This document shows positions 31,113 to 39,981 of a stretch of DNA of 64,000 bases, in pieces. This DNA comes from an uncultured Actinomycetes bacterium. GTDB lineage: Bacteria; Actinomycetota; Thermoleophilia; Gaiellales; Gaiellaceae. A program made the position numbers and the translations under genes. The notes beneath the pieces were generated by a model that worked only from the letters and a program-made list of their open reading frames with translations, was not told where the DNA came from and made no database searches. Each line of letters opens with the position of its first letter. The stretch's first letter is position 1. The stretch covers positions 75,056-139,055 of the forward strand of contig CAVWZB010000005.1 in the NCBI GenBank assembly GCA_963759435.1, given 5' to 3'.

Positions 31113-33749
31113 TCAGGCGGTACGAGGCGTCGAGACGAGCGAGAGCTGCGGCCTGGACTGCGACTCGTGATACAGGAGCCGCTCGACTTCCTCGGCCGGC
31201 GCGGGGCGACCGAAGAGATAGCCCTGACCGAAGCGGCAGCCCATCTGCCGCAGGCGCTCGGCCTGGGCCGGATCCTCGATTCCCTCGGCCACCGTCGCGA
31301 GGCCCAACGACTCGCCGAGGCGCAAGATCGCGTCGACGAACGCCTCGTCGGCGCCTTCGCCGATGAGCTTGTCGACGAACGGCTTCGGGATCTTCAGGGA
31401 CTCGATCGGGAACTCGGCCAGACGGCTCAGCGACGAGTAGCCCGTGCCGAAGTCGTCGATCGACAGCCCGACCCCGAGCTCGCGCAAGCGCCGCATGGCG
31501 ACGAGCGCGCCGTCGCTTCCCTGAATGACGCCCGACTCGGTCACTTCGATCACGAGGCGGCTCGGGTCGACGCCGTTGCCCTTCAATGCCTCGGAGAGAG
31601 TTTCGACCAGCCGCTCGTTGGTCAGCTCCGCCGCGGAGAGGTTGAGCCAGATGCTCAACTTCTCGGGCCAGCGGCGCGCAGCTTCGAGAGCCTGCTGGAG
31701 GACGAGTCGCCCGAGCTCGATCGTCAACCCCGTCTCCTCGGCAGCCGGCAGGAAGTCCGCCGCGCTGAGGAGGCCGCGCGTCGGGTGGGGCCAGCGCGCG
31801 AGTACCTCGACTCCCTCGATCGCCCCGTCCGAGAGCCGCACGACCGGCTGGTAGTGAACGAGGATCTCTCGGCGCTCGATTGCCGCCTCGAGGTCGAGGC
31901 CGAGCTGCCGCTGGGCGCGAAGCTTCTCGTGGAGGTCCGCCTCGTAGAGCGTGTACGAGCGCTCCGCCCGCTTGACGCTGTACATCGCGATGTCCGCATT
32001 GCGGATGAGGTCCTCGCCGCTCGTGATGCCGGCGGCGCCGACCGCGATGCCGACGCTCACGTGGCAGCTGACGTCGCCGCAACGGAGCTTGTATGTCCCG
32101 TCGATCGAATCCAGCATGCGACGCGCCACAGAGACGGCCGTCTCGGCGTCCGCGTCCCGGACGAGCACCGCGAACTCGTCGCCGCCGAGCCGAGCGGCGA
32201 GATCCTGGTCGCGGACCGCGCCGGCCAGGCGGCGGGAGAACTCGGTGAGGAGGTCGTCGCCGGCGCCGTGACCCCACGTGTCGTTGACCGTCTTGAAGCG
32301 GTCGAGGTCGAGGTAGAGGACGGCCGTCGACCCGGCCGCGCCCTGGAGCTCCTCCTCCACCGCCTCGAGCAGGTGAGGCCGGTTCGGCAGGCTGGTGAGC
32401 GCGTCGTGGTACGCCTGGTGGCGGAGCTGCTCCTTGAGTTCCGTCACTTCCGCGAGCGAGTGCTCGAGCCGGCCGTTCTCGAGCAGGATGCTCGCATGGC
32501 CGGCGAAGGTCACGAGCAGCTCGACGTCGGGCTCGGCGAACGTGCTGACGTCGCCGAGGCGCTCCCCGACCACGAGCAAGCCGAACGTCCGATCCTCGCC
32601 GCGGAGCGGCGCCACGATCGCGTCCTCCAGCCCGCGGGAGCGAAGGAACCCGTCGAATGCGTGGGCGGCGCGGCGACGGGCAAGCAGTGTCGCGGAACCG
32701 ATCGACGCGATCTCGGCGAACGCGGCCGCGTCCTGCAGGGCAAACCGCTCTTCGGGATGCATGAGCAACTCACCCTCCGCGCCGCTGACGCTCCGCAAGG
32801 GTCCTCCCTCGTCGGAGGCCGGAAGAAGCAGGATCTCGGCGTACTCCGCGCGGAGCAGCCGACGCGCGGCGACCAGAAGCTGGCCGATCGCGAGACCGAA
32901 CTCCGGTGCGCCCTGGGTGGCACGCATCGACTCGTAGAGGAACTCGACGTGCTCCCGCTGCTCGCGCTGCTCCATGTAGCCGCGGAACGCCGCGACGGTC
33001 GCGAGCACCGGAACGACGAGCAGGAGGACGGCCGCCGGGCGCACCTCGAGGAGCTCGACGATGGCGAGGCCGAGCGACGCGGTGGCGAGCGCACCGAGCG
33101 TCGAGGTGACCAGCGTGCGTCCCAGTTGCGGCGCCTGGAGGCGCTCCTCGGCGATCGCGATCACGGCCGAGACGAGCAGGATGCCCACCACGTGGGCGAC
33201 GGCACACGCGAGCAGGACGAGCACCCACAGGTGGGGCGCCGAGTCGGCCGGCGAGGCGAGCGAACGGAAGACCAGCAAGGCGACGCCGCTGCAGAGCGGC
33301 AGCTCAGCGAGGTTGAAGGCGAACTTGGCGAGCTGACGCAGCTGACTCCTGCGCCGGTTGACGACCAGCGCGACGAACGTGCCGACGAGCTGCCCGTACA
33401 GCAGCGAAGAGGGAGCCGAGAGCAGCAGGCCCAGCGTGAGCCCGATCTCCGTGAGCGAGAGCGTGTGTGCCTGCTTGCGGAACTGCAGGTGGACGACCAG
33501 GACCTCGGCGAGATAGAACGCGAGCGCAAGCCAGTACCAGCCGAGGACGGGTGTCTTCCCGAACGCGGGAGCGTCGGGAGTGCCGCGCAGTGCGACCGTC
33601 CACACGGCCACGCAGGCGAGCGCAAGCACACCGTTGAAGGCCCAGACGCGGCGCGGCGCGCGGAGGGCCTCACGCGCAGACGCGCCGAGCGGGCCCAAGA
33701 CCTCGCCCGGCGCGCGGCGCGAGACGGTAAGGGGCCGGCGAACGATCAC
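31113..33749 (-). CDS. Membrane-anchored GAF-GGDEF-EAL protein (c-di-GMP turnover)
   Basis: ORF, 878 aa. The multi-TM N-terminus and GAF-like region are followed by GGDEF (ARLGGDEFAVLV). EAL-domain motifs are EVLARWPHP, DDFGTGYSSLSRL and ESLKIPKPFV. Confidence 0.93.
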   Translation of the reverse strand: MIVRRPLTVSRRAPGEVLGPLGASAREALRAPRRVWAFNGVLALACVAVWTVALRGTPDAPAFGKTPVLGWYWLALAFYLAEVLVVHLQFRKQAHTLSLTEIGLTLGLLLSAPSSLLYGQLVGTFVALVVNRRRSQLRQLAKFAFNLAELPLCSGVALLVFRSLASPADSAPHLWVLVLLACAVAHVVGILLVSAVIAIAEERLQAPQLGRTLVTSTLGALATASLGLAIVELLEVRPAAVLLLVVPVLATVAAFRGYMEQREQREHVEFLYESMRATQGAPEFGLAIGQLLVAARRLLRAEYAEILLLPASDEGGPLRSVSGAEGELLMHPEERFALQDAAAFAEIASIGSATLLARRRAAHAFDGFLRSRGLEDAIVAPLRGEDRTFGLLVVGERLGDVSTFAEPDVELLVTFAGHASILLENGRLEHSLAEVTELKEQLRHQAYHDALTSLPNRPHLLEAVEEELQGAAGSTAVLYLDLDRFKTVNDTWGHGAGDDLLTEFSRRLAGAVRDQDLAARLGGDEFAVLVRDADAETAVSVARRMLDSIDGTYKLRCGDVSCHVSVGIAVGAAGITSGEDLIRNADIAMYSVKRAERSYTLYEADLHEKLRAQRQLGLDLEAAIERREILVHYQPVVRLSDGAIEGVEVLARWPHPTRGLLSAADFLPAAEETGLTIELGRLVLQQALEAARRWPEKLSIWLNLSAAELTNERLVETLSEALKGNGVDPSRLVIEVTESGVIQGSDGALVAMRRLRELGVGLSIDDFGTGYSSLSRLAEFPIESLKIPKPFVDKLIGEGADEAFVDAILRLGESLGLATVAEGIEDPAQAERLRQMGCRFGQGYLFGRPAPAEEVERLLYHESQSRPQLSLVSTPRTA

Positions 33750-33815
33750 CGGCCCCTCCCGCTACGCATCAGCCCCAGCTGGCGCCGCGCCACTTGTGTC
33801 TCGATTCGTTGCCCA

Positions 33816-35399
33816 TCAGCCCCAACTCGCTCCGAGCCACTGCGAGCCTGACCAGCTCGAGCCGCTCCAGCTCGAGCCACTCCAAGAGCTTCCGCTCCAC
33901 GAGCTTCCGCTCCAAGAGCTTCCGCTCCAGGAGCTGCCCGACCAGCTCGAGCCACTCCAGGAGCTGCCCGACCAGAGGAGGTCGCTCCAACTCGAGCCGC
34001 TCCACGAGCTACCCGACCAGCTGGAGCCGCTCCAAGAACTGCCGGACCACGAGCTCCCCGACCAGCTGGAGCCGTTCCAGACTCCGCCCGACCAGCTCGA
34101 GCCGGCCGCCTCGAGCGCCGCCATGGCCGCCGAATTGAAGGGCTGGCCGAAGATGTCCTCCTCGCCCTGGAGCACCACACCGTTCATCGAGACGTGGTCG
34201 CTGCCGCGCGAGGCCTCGAGGCTGCCTGTTCCCATGGACGGCGCGTTGTACTGCTGCGAGGCGAACACCGAGGGAACCGACGCGTTCAGAAGCTTGTTCA
34301 GGTCGAGCTCGCCGCATCCTTGCTGCTTCCAGTTGTAGGAAGACAGCTTGTCGCAGCTCGACGTCAGCATCGCCTTCACCTGGTCCGGCGTCAGCTGCGG
34401 ATAGCGCTGCAGCAGGTCGGCGACCGAGCCCGAGACGAATGCCGCCGCCTCCGACGTCCCGCTACCACGGAAGTAGCGGTCGCTGAGAGCGCCGGTCGGG
34501 CTCGTCTGGTCGATGTACGAGCCGGGGACGCGGAGGCCCTGCATGTGCGTTCCAGGCGCGATCAGGTCCGGTGCGCGGCAGCTGTTGCTGCAGCTCGCCG
34601 AACTCGCCGAGTAGGAGGCGACCTGGTCGTCCCACGGCGTCGCAGTTCCCATCGTGTCCGCTGCGGCGACCCCCAGGATCTGCGGGTCGTAGCCCGGATC
34701 CGCGAGGCCCTGGGCGCTCGCGCCGGTCTGATAGCCGGAGTTCCCGGCCGCCGCGACGACCACGATTCCTGCCTTCCAGGCCTGCTCGACCGCATACGCC
34801 AGCGGGTCGATCCCGTACGCCTGCGCCGAGTTCGTGCCGTAGGAGAGATTGAGGACCCGGATGTTCATCCCGTTGTCGTGGCGATGCTGTACGACCCAGT
34901 CGATCGCGGCGATCACCTGACTCACATCGGTACCGCCGTCCGCCACGCCGACCTTGAGGGAAACGATGCGCGCGTCGGGAGCGACGCCGCGGTAGCCACC
35001 GGGCTGGCCGTCGTTGCCGGCGATCAGGCCGGCCATGAACGTCCCGTGACCGTTCGTATCGAGGTGCTGCAGGTTGTGGTTCTGCGATTCGAGCGACAGG
35101 TCGGGCCCGTTGATCACCTTGCCGGAGGCGTTCAGCCCCGGGACCGGTGTGACGCCGGTGTCGATGACCGCGACGTCGACACCCTTGCCGGTGTCACCGG
35201 CGTTCCACAGCGCCTGCACGCCGTCGCCGGCGGTGATGTTCTGCATGGAGTACGGGTCGGTGTTCGGGTCGTAGCCGGAAGCCCCCCACGAGGCTCCCGA
35301 GTGGATCCCGCCGAATACCAGGGCCAGCAACAGTGCGAAGAGACCCGCCTGCCAGCTCCTGGGTCGAAAACCGTCGCGCGTGGTGAGGTTCGCCCCCAC
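33816..35399 (-). CDS. Secreted peptidase S8 with C-terminal SSWSG pentapeptide array
   Basis: In ORF 33816-36002. AAGGAGG lies 5 nt before GTG 35399. After the signal peptide, the triad motifs are DVAVIDTGV, NGHGTFMAGL and GSGTSEAAAFVSG. The last 94 residues are about 18 copies of SSWSG. Confidence 0.9.
   Translation of the reverse strand: MGANLTTRDGFRPRSWQAGLFALLLALVFGGIHSGASWGASGYDPNTDPYSMQNITAGDGVQALWNAGDTGKGVDVAVIDTGVTPVPGLNASGKVINGPDLSLESQNHNLQHLDTNGHGTFMAGLIAGNDGQPGGYRGVAPDARIVSLKVGVADGGTDVSQVIAAIDWVVQHRHDNGMNIRVLNLSYGTNSAQAYGIDPLAYAVEQAWKAGIVVVAAAGNSGYQTGASAQGLADPGYDPQILGVAAADTMGTATPWDDQVASYSASSASCSNSCRAPDLIAPGTHMQGLRVPGSYIDQTSPTGALSDRYFRGSGTSEAAAFVSGSVADLLQRYPQLTPDQVKAMLTSSCDKLSSYNWKQQGCGELDLNKLLNASVPSVFASQQYNAPSMGTGSLEASRGSDHVSMNGVVLQGEEDIFGQPFNSAAMAALEAAGSSWSGGVWNGSSWSGSSWSGSSWSGSSWSGSSWSGSSWSDLLWSGSSWSGSSWSGSSWSGSSWSGSSWSGSSWSGSSWSGSSWSGSQWLGASWG
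33819..34100 (-). repeat. 15-nt coding tandem repeat (SSWSG, about 18 copies)
   Basis: The translation reads SSWSGGVWNGSSWSGSSWSG...SSWSDLLWSGSSWSG...SQWLGASWG. The period is 15 nt with synonymous variation between copies. Confidence 0.9.
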
Positions 35400-35600
35400 G
35401 TCTGCCTCCTTGTCGCGACCGTCCTGATGCCGCAGAACATGCCGCCGTAGCCGCCAATCAGTCGCCAGAACGTAGGACGCCGTCGCCGAACGATCCTCCC
35501 GCGAAAGGGGGAGCCGATTCGCTTGATCGAGGGATCTTGCCCGTCTGACCGCGCCGCGACCGGCTGCCGAAGCGGCGCCGCCACGTACGATCACTCGGCC

Positions 35601-37781
35601 GTGAGTTCCGTCCTCGACTCGGCGCCGCCGCAGTTCACGGCGGAGGAGGCTGCGCGGATCGCGGCCGACGCGTTCGGCGTCCACGGAACGGCCTCCGCGC
35701 TGGGCAGCGAGCGTGACCAGGCGTTCCTGCTGGAGAACGAAGTCCTCAAGATCTCGAACCCCCACGAGGACGAGGCCGTCCTCGATCTCGAGGAGGCCGC
35801 GATCGCGCACGTCGCGGCAGTCGATCCGGACCTGCCGCTGGCCCGCCAGCTCGCGCCACGGGCGACGTTCGAAGGCCATCAGGTGCGCCTGTTCGAGCGG
35901 CGGCACGGCAACAAGGCGGGGCCCGAGCTCGGCGACGCCGCGGTGCGGGAGATCGCCGCGGTCCACGCCCGCCTCTGCCTGGCTCTCCGCTCGTTCTTCC
36001 ACCCGGCCGCCGGCCGTGAGCTGCTCTGGAACCTCCGGTCAACGCCGCGCCTGCGTCCGCTGCTCGACGAGATCGCCGATCCCGCACGGCGGGCGCTCGT
36101 CGCGCGGATGCTCGAACGCTACGACGAGCGTGTCCTGCCGCAATGGGAGCGTCTGCGCGGACAGGTCGTACACGGCGACTTCAACCTCGACAACCTCCTG
36201 GTCGACGAGCGCGGCGGGATCACCGGGATCCTCGACTTCGGCGACTGCTGCCACACGGCGCTCGCCGCCGACCTCGCCGTCGCGCTCGCGTCGTTCCTGC
36301 GCGGACGGCCCCCCGAGGACGCGTTCCGGGTCGCTCGGATCGCGCTGGACGGCTTCGCCTCCCGTTACCCGCTCGAGCCGCTCGAGCTCGAGGTGCTGGG
36401 CGACCTCGTGGCGGCGCGGCTCGCGGCGATCGTCTCGATCAGCGCGTGGCGCTCGCACCGCTTCCCCGAGAACGCGGCCTACATCGAGGCCTGGGACGAC
36501 GACTCCTGGCAGCTGCTCGAGCTGTTCGACGGGCTTGCCCCGCAGGACGTCGCGCGCGAGCTCGGTGCTCGGAGCAGCTCGACGGCGACCCAGGAGCTCG
36601 CGCGGCGGCGCGAACGAGACGCTCGGCGCGCTCCTGACACCGCTCACGCTACGCGCGACCGGTCCACGCCGTCCGCGCCGAGGGCGTCTGGATCTACGAG
36701 CCGAACGGATGCCGACTTCTCGACGCCTACAACAACGTCCCCGTCGTCGGGCACTGCCATCCGCGGGTGACGGAGGCGGTCGTCCGCCAGACGCGGCTCG
36801 CCGCGACGAACGCGAGATACCTCGCCGAGCCGCTGGTCGAGCTCGCCGAGCGGCTGCTCGCCACGTTCCCGCCGGAGGCGGCGCTGGACACCGTGCTGCT
36901 CGTCAACTCCGGCAGCGAGGCGAACGACCTCGCCTGGCGTCTCGCCAGCGGAGTGACAGGGCACGACGGCGCGCTCGTGACGGAGAACGCCTACCACGGC
37001 GTCACCTGGGCGACAACCGCGCTCTCCCCGGAGGACTGGCCGAGTCCGCCTCCTGCGGCGCACGTGGCTCGCATCCCGCCGCCGGGGAGCAGCGCCGACC
37101 TCGCGCGCAGCACTCGAGAGAATCGACGGCCGCCTTGCCGCGACCTTCCTCGACGGGTCGCTGATGAGCGACGGCATCCACGTGCCCGAGACCTCCGAGC
37201 TCCGCCTGCTCGTGGAGCGCACGCACGCCGCCGGAGGCCTCTACGTCGCCGACGAAGTGCAGGCGGGCCACGGACGGCTCGGGCCGGAGCTGTGGTCGTT
37301 CGCGCGCCACGGCCTCGCTCCGGACGTCGTGACCCTCGGCAAGCCGATGGGCAACGGCTACCCGGTTGCCGCGGTCGTGACGCGGCGCGAGCTCGCCGAG
37401 CGGTTTCCGTACGCGGGGCGGACGTTCTCGACCTTCGGCGGAAACCCGGTCGCCGCGAGCGCCGCGCTCGCCGTGCTCGACGTGCTCGAGGACGAACGGC
37501 TGCCGGAGCGCGCCGCAGGCGTCGGCGAGCGGCTGCGCGGGGCGGTGGCGCGCCTGGGCAAGGCGGACATCGTCGACGTGCGAGGCCGCGGCCTCCTCGC
37601 CGGCGTTCAGCTCTCGAGCGGCGAGCTGGCCGAGCGCGTCACCGAGGAGCTGCGGGAGCAGGAGATCCTCGTCGGAAGGACCGGGAAGCACGGCGACGTG
37701 CTCAAGATCCGGCCGCCGCTGGTGTTCACAGATGAACACACGGAGCTGCTCGTAGGGGCGCTCGATCGGATTCTGGGCTGA
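35601..37781 (+). pseudogene. Fusion of an APH/choline-kinase-like phosphotransferase and a class-III PLP aminotransferase-fold enzyme, with three apparent +1 frame breaks
   Basis: The kinase part lies in ORF 35523-36770 (GTG 35601; HGDFNLDNLLVD, ILDFGD). After ELARRR the reading continues in three further segments. First is the frame of ORF 35713 (NETLGALLTPLTL). Second is the frame of ORF 36767 (YARPVHAVRAEGVWIYEPNGCRLLDAYNNVPVVGHCHPRV...NSGSEANDLA...). Third is the frame of ORF 37164 (AALERIDGRLAATFLDGSLMSDG...YVADEVQAGHGR...TLGKPMGNGYP). Breaks are at about 36604-36616, 36642-36659 and 37097-37115. Confidence 0.7.
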
Positions 37782-37813
37782 TCTTCCCCCGCAAAGACGT
37801 ATCTTCCGAGCGT

Positions 37814-38365
37814 ATGGCCGTCGAACAGACCGACGCGCAGCTCGTCTCCCGTTGCCGGGCCGGCGACCCCGAGGCCTGGAACGAGTTCGTCGAGCGCTTT
37901 TCGCGCTATGTCTACGCGATCTGCGGACGGGGCTTCCGCCTGCCACAGCACGACGCCGAGGACGTGTTCCAGGAGGTCTTCGCGCGCGCGTTCGAGCGGC
38001 TGTCGGAGCTGCGAAGCGACGACGCCGTCCGGCCGTGGCTCGCCATGCTCACGCGCAGGCTCTGCATCGACCGGCTGCGCCTGAACGCCCGCGACACTCC
38101 GTCCGAGGCCGAGCTCGACGAGCCGGCGGTCGACGACGTGCTCGGCCAGCTCGACGACGCAATGGCGGTGCGCGCCGCGCTCGACAAGGTGGGCGACCCG
38201 TGCCGGGAGATCCTCGACAGCTTCTTCTGCCGTGACGAGAGCTACCGGACGATCGGCGACAGGCTCGACATCCCCGCCGGAACGATCGCCAGCCGGATCT
38301 CGCGCTGCCTCGAAAAAGTTCGTGCCGAACTCGATGGAAGGAGTCGGGCCTCTCGCCCGTCATGA
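37814..38365 (+). CDS. ECF-type RNA polymerase sigma factor
   Basis: ORF, 183 aa. Region 2 is GDPEAWNEFVERFSRYVYAI...DAEDVFQEVFARAF. Region 4 is ESYRTIGDRLDIPAGTIASRISRCLEKV. Confidence 0.92.
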   Translation: MAVEQTDAQLVSRCRAGDPEAWNEFVERFSRYVYAICGRGFRLPQHDAEDVFQEVFARAFERLSELRSDDAVRPWLAMLTRRLCIDRLRLNARDTPSEAELDEPAVDDVLGQLDDAMAVRAALDKVGDPCREILDSFFCRDESYRTIGDRLDIPAGTIASRISRCLEKVRAELDGRSRASRPS

Positions 38366-38625
38366 GAGAGATGAACGGTTTCGACGAGGAACAGATCGGC
38401 AGGCTGCTACGCCTCCTTCCGCCTGCACCTGAGGGTTGGGTGCGTGCGGCACAGGAGTTGCCGGCTGCGCGGGCGACGCTCGATGAGCTCGTCGCGCGGG
38501 CCGAACAGGACGCCGAATTCCGGCTCCAGCTCCGGGCCGACCTCGAGCGTGCGGTTGCCGCCGCCGGTTACGACCCGTCGCCGTTCGTCGTTTCCCGGCT
38601 GCGCCGGCTCCTCGAGGAGGTCTGA
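38362..38625 (+). CDS. Hypothetical 87-aa soluble protein coupled to the sigma gene (possible non-canonical anti-sigma)
   Basis: ORF 38362-38625 overlaps the sigma stop by 4 nt (ATGA). It has no TM segment and no HxxxCxxC motif. The function is inferred from position only. Confidence 0.55.
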   Translation: MREMNGFDEEQIGRLLRLLPPAPEGWVRAAQELPAARATLDELVARAEQDAEFRLQLRADLERAVAAAGYDPSPFVVSRLRRLLEEV

Positions 38626-38662
38626 CTCACGCGGGTCCGTGCCGGCTGAGACACTTCCGAGA

Positions 38663-39229
38663 GTGCTCACCGGTCTCCCCCTTCCCGCGCTGCTCGAGGA
38701 GCTGGCAGCGCCGAGCGAAGTCCCAGGCGCCGGCTCGGCGCTTGCGGCGGCTCTCGCGGCGGCAGCGGCCGTCGTGCAGATGGCGGCGCGCCTTTCTCCG
38801 GGGAGCTGGGCCGACGCGCCCGGGGTAGCGGCCCAGGCCGAGGCTCTGCGCGACCGCGCGGTGCAGCTCGTCGACGAGGACGCCGAGGCCTACCGCCTGG
38901 CGCTCGAGGCGCGGGCGGCCGCAGACGAGGCTGCGAGGCCGGAGCAGCGGGATTGGGCCCTCGGGCAGGTCACCGCTGCAGCCGCCGAACCACCGCTCGC
39001 GCTCGTCCGCCTGGCCGTCGATCTGGCGGAGCTCTGCGCCGCAGCGGCCGGGCGAGTGGAGCCGCGCGTGCATGCCGACGTTGCGGCGGCCGCCGCGCTT
39101 GCGGCAGCTGTCGCACGTGGGGCGCGGGGGCTCGTGGCGACGAACCTCACCGCGCTTCAGGGTGACCCGCGGGTGGAAGAGGCCGATCGCCTCGTCGCCG
39201 CCGCCGAAACGGCAGCCAGGTCGCTATAG
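38663..39229 (+). CDS. Cyclodeaminase/cyclohydrolase family protein (FTCD C-terminal domain-like)
   Basis: GTG 38663 in the frame of ORF 38444-39229. LLEELAAPSEVPGAGSALAAALAAAAAVVQMAARLS is the typical N-terminal P-G-(G/A)-GS motif of this all-helical family. Confidence 0.75.
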   Translation: MLTGLPLPALLEELAAPSEVPGAGSALAAALAAAAAVVQMAARLSPGSWADAPGVAAQAEALRDRAVQLVDEDAEAYRLALEARAAADEAARPEQRDWALGQVTAAAAEPPLALVRLAVDLAELCAAAAGRVEPRVHADVAAAAALAAAVARGARGLVATNLTALQGDPRVEEADRLVAAAETAARSL

Positions 39230-39239
39230 CGACTCTCGG

Positions 39240-39275
39240 CGCGAAGAGGCCCGACCGGAGCCGGGCCTTCTCGCG
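39240..39275. terminator. Bidirectional GC hairpin between convergent genes
   Basis: 39240-39253 pairs with 39262-39275, core GGCCCG/CGGGCC. The stem is 14 bp with one mismatch and one G-T pair, and the loop is 8 nt. It lies between stop 39229 (+) and stop 39303 (-). Confidence 0.65.
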
Positions 39276-39302
39276 TGACGGGTCAGGAACTACTGGGCGT
39301 TG

Positions 39303-39449
39303 CTATTCCATCCGGACGTTCGGAAGCCGGATGTGCGCCTCGACCTCGACTTCGTCTTCGTCGTCCTCGGCCGGCTCGTCGATGACGCGTACTTCGCCGA
39401 CGTGGCCTTCGACCTCGATGTCGTCGTCCTTGCGCTGCTCGTCCGACAT
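39303..39449 (-). CDS. 48-aa highly acidic microprotein with (V)E(G/A)H motifs
   Basis: Below the ORF-track cutoff, so found by hand. AAGGAGGAGCAAGAA precedes the ATG at 39449. The translation is MSDEQRKDDDIEVEGHVGEVRVIDEPAEDDEDEVEVEAHIRLPNVRME, ending at a TAG whose last base is 39303. It has its own promoter-like motif and terminator. Confidence 0.65.
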   Translation of the reverse strand: MSDEQRKDDDIEVEGHVGEVRVIDEPAEDDEDEVEVEAHIRLPNVRME

Positions 39450-39490
39450 TTCTTGCTCCTCCTTGGCCTGCGTCAGGTCTCTGACTTCCT

Positions 39491-39517
39491 AGACGTGCGA
39501 TGAGGCCGCGATCTTCC
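39491..39517 (-). promoter_or_regulatory. ECF-sigma-type promoter candidate (GGAAG-N17-CGTCT) for the 48-aa gene
   Basis: The minus strand reads GGAAGATCGCGGCCTCATCGCACGTCTAGG. The -35 GGAAG is at 39517-39513 and the -10 CGTCT at 39495-39491. The same motif with the same spacing occurs upstream of the other microprotein gene. Confidence 0.55.
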
Positions 39518-39532
39518 GTCCTTGCGGAAACC

Positions 39533-39562
39533 GAAAGGGCCCGGCGCGTGCCGGGCCCTTTC
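39533..39562 (-). terminator. Perfect GC hairpin after the 106-aa microprotein gene
   Basis: GAAAGGGCCCGGC (39533-39545) pairs with GCCGGGCCCTTTC (39550-39562), a 13-bp perfect stem with a 4-nt loop. It is 20 nt downstream of stop 39582 and is followed on the minus strand by GGTTTCC. Confidence 0.75.
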
Positions 39563-39581
39563 AAAGATCGTGCCGCCTCTC

Positions 39582-39902
39582 TCAGCTGTACTTCGGGGTA
39601 CTGGCCTTCGAGACGTGGCCTTCGACCTCGTCCTCGGGCTCGTCGTTGGCGCTGATCCTCGAGCCGCTGACCCTCGAGCCGCTGACGCGCGAGCCGTGAG
39701 CCTCGAAGTCGTCGCCGGGCTCGTCGTTGGCGCTGATCCTCGAGCCGCTGACCCTCGAGCCGCTGACACGCGAGCCGTGAGCCTCGAAGTCGTCGCCGGG
39801 CTCGTCGTTGGCGCTGATCCTCGAGCCGCTTACCCTCGAGCCGCTGACACGCGAGCCGTGAGCCTCGACCTCGGTCTCCTCGTTGTGCTGCTCCTCCGAC
39901 AT
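39582..39902 (-). CDS. 106-aa acidic repeat microprotein (three 27-aa repeats EAHGSRVSGSRVSGSRISANDEPGDDF)
   Basis: ORF 39582-39902. AAAGGAGGAGCA lies immediately before the ATG. The translation is MSEEQHNEETEV, then 3 x (EAHGSRVSGSRVSGSRISANDEP.D..), then EGHVSKASTPKYS. Confidence 0.75.
   Translation of the reverse strand: MSEEQHNEETEVEAHGSRVSGSRVSGSRISANDEPGDDFEAHGSRVSGSRVSGSRISANDEPGDDFEAHGSRVSGSRVSGSRISANDEPEDEVEGHVSKASTPKYS
39639..39866 (-). repeat. 81-nt tandem repeat, about 2.8 copies with 1-2 mismatches per copy
   Basis: Units start at 39639, 39720 and 39801 (plus-strand CTCGTCGTTGGCGCTGATCCTCGAGCCGCTGACCCTCGAGCCGCTGAC(G/A)CGCGAGCCGTGAGCCTCGAAGTCGTCGCCGGG). Each unit also contains an internal 15-nt SRVSG sub-repeat. 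Confidence 0.9.
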
Positions 39903-39954
39903 TGCTCCTCCTTTTAGAAGCTTTCGCGCCTCGTCTTTGGCGCTTCAACTCTCT

Positions 39955-39981
39955 AGACGTGCCTGGAAGCACGAATCTTCC
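39955..39981 (-). promoter_or_regulatory. ECF-sigma-type promoter candidate (GGAAG-N17-CGTCT) for the 106-aa gene
   Basis: The minus strand reads GGAAGATTCGTGCTTCCAGGCACGTCTAGA. The -35 is at 39981-39977 and the -10 at 39959-39955, about 53 nt upstream of the ATG at 39902. GGAAGAT and CACGTCTAG are shared with 39491-39517. Confidence 0.55.

Noticed and set aside
33819-34100. Regular short-period repeats that might be mistaken for a CRISPR array. The same applies to 39639-39866.
   Set aside because: The period is 15 nt (or 81 nt) with no unique spacers. The repeats are in frame inside coding sequences (SSWSG and the 27-aa cassette). No cas genes are present.
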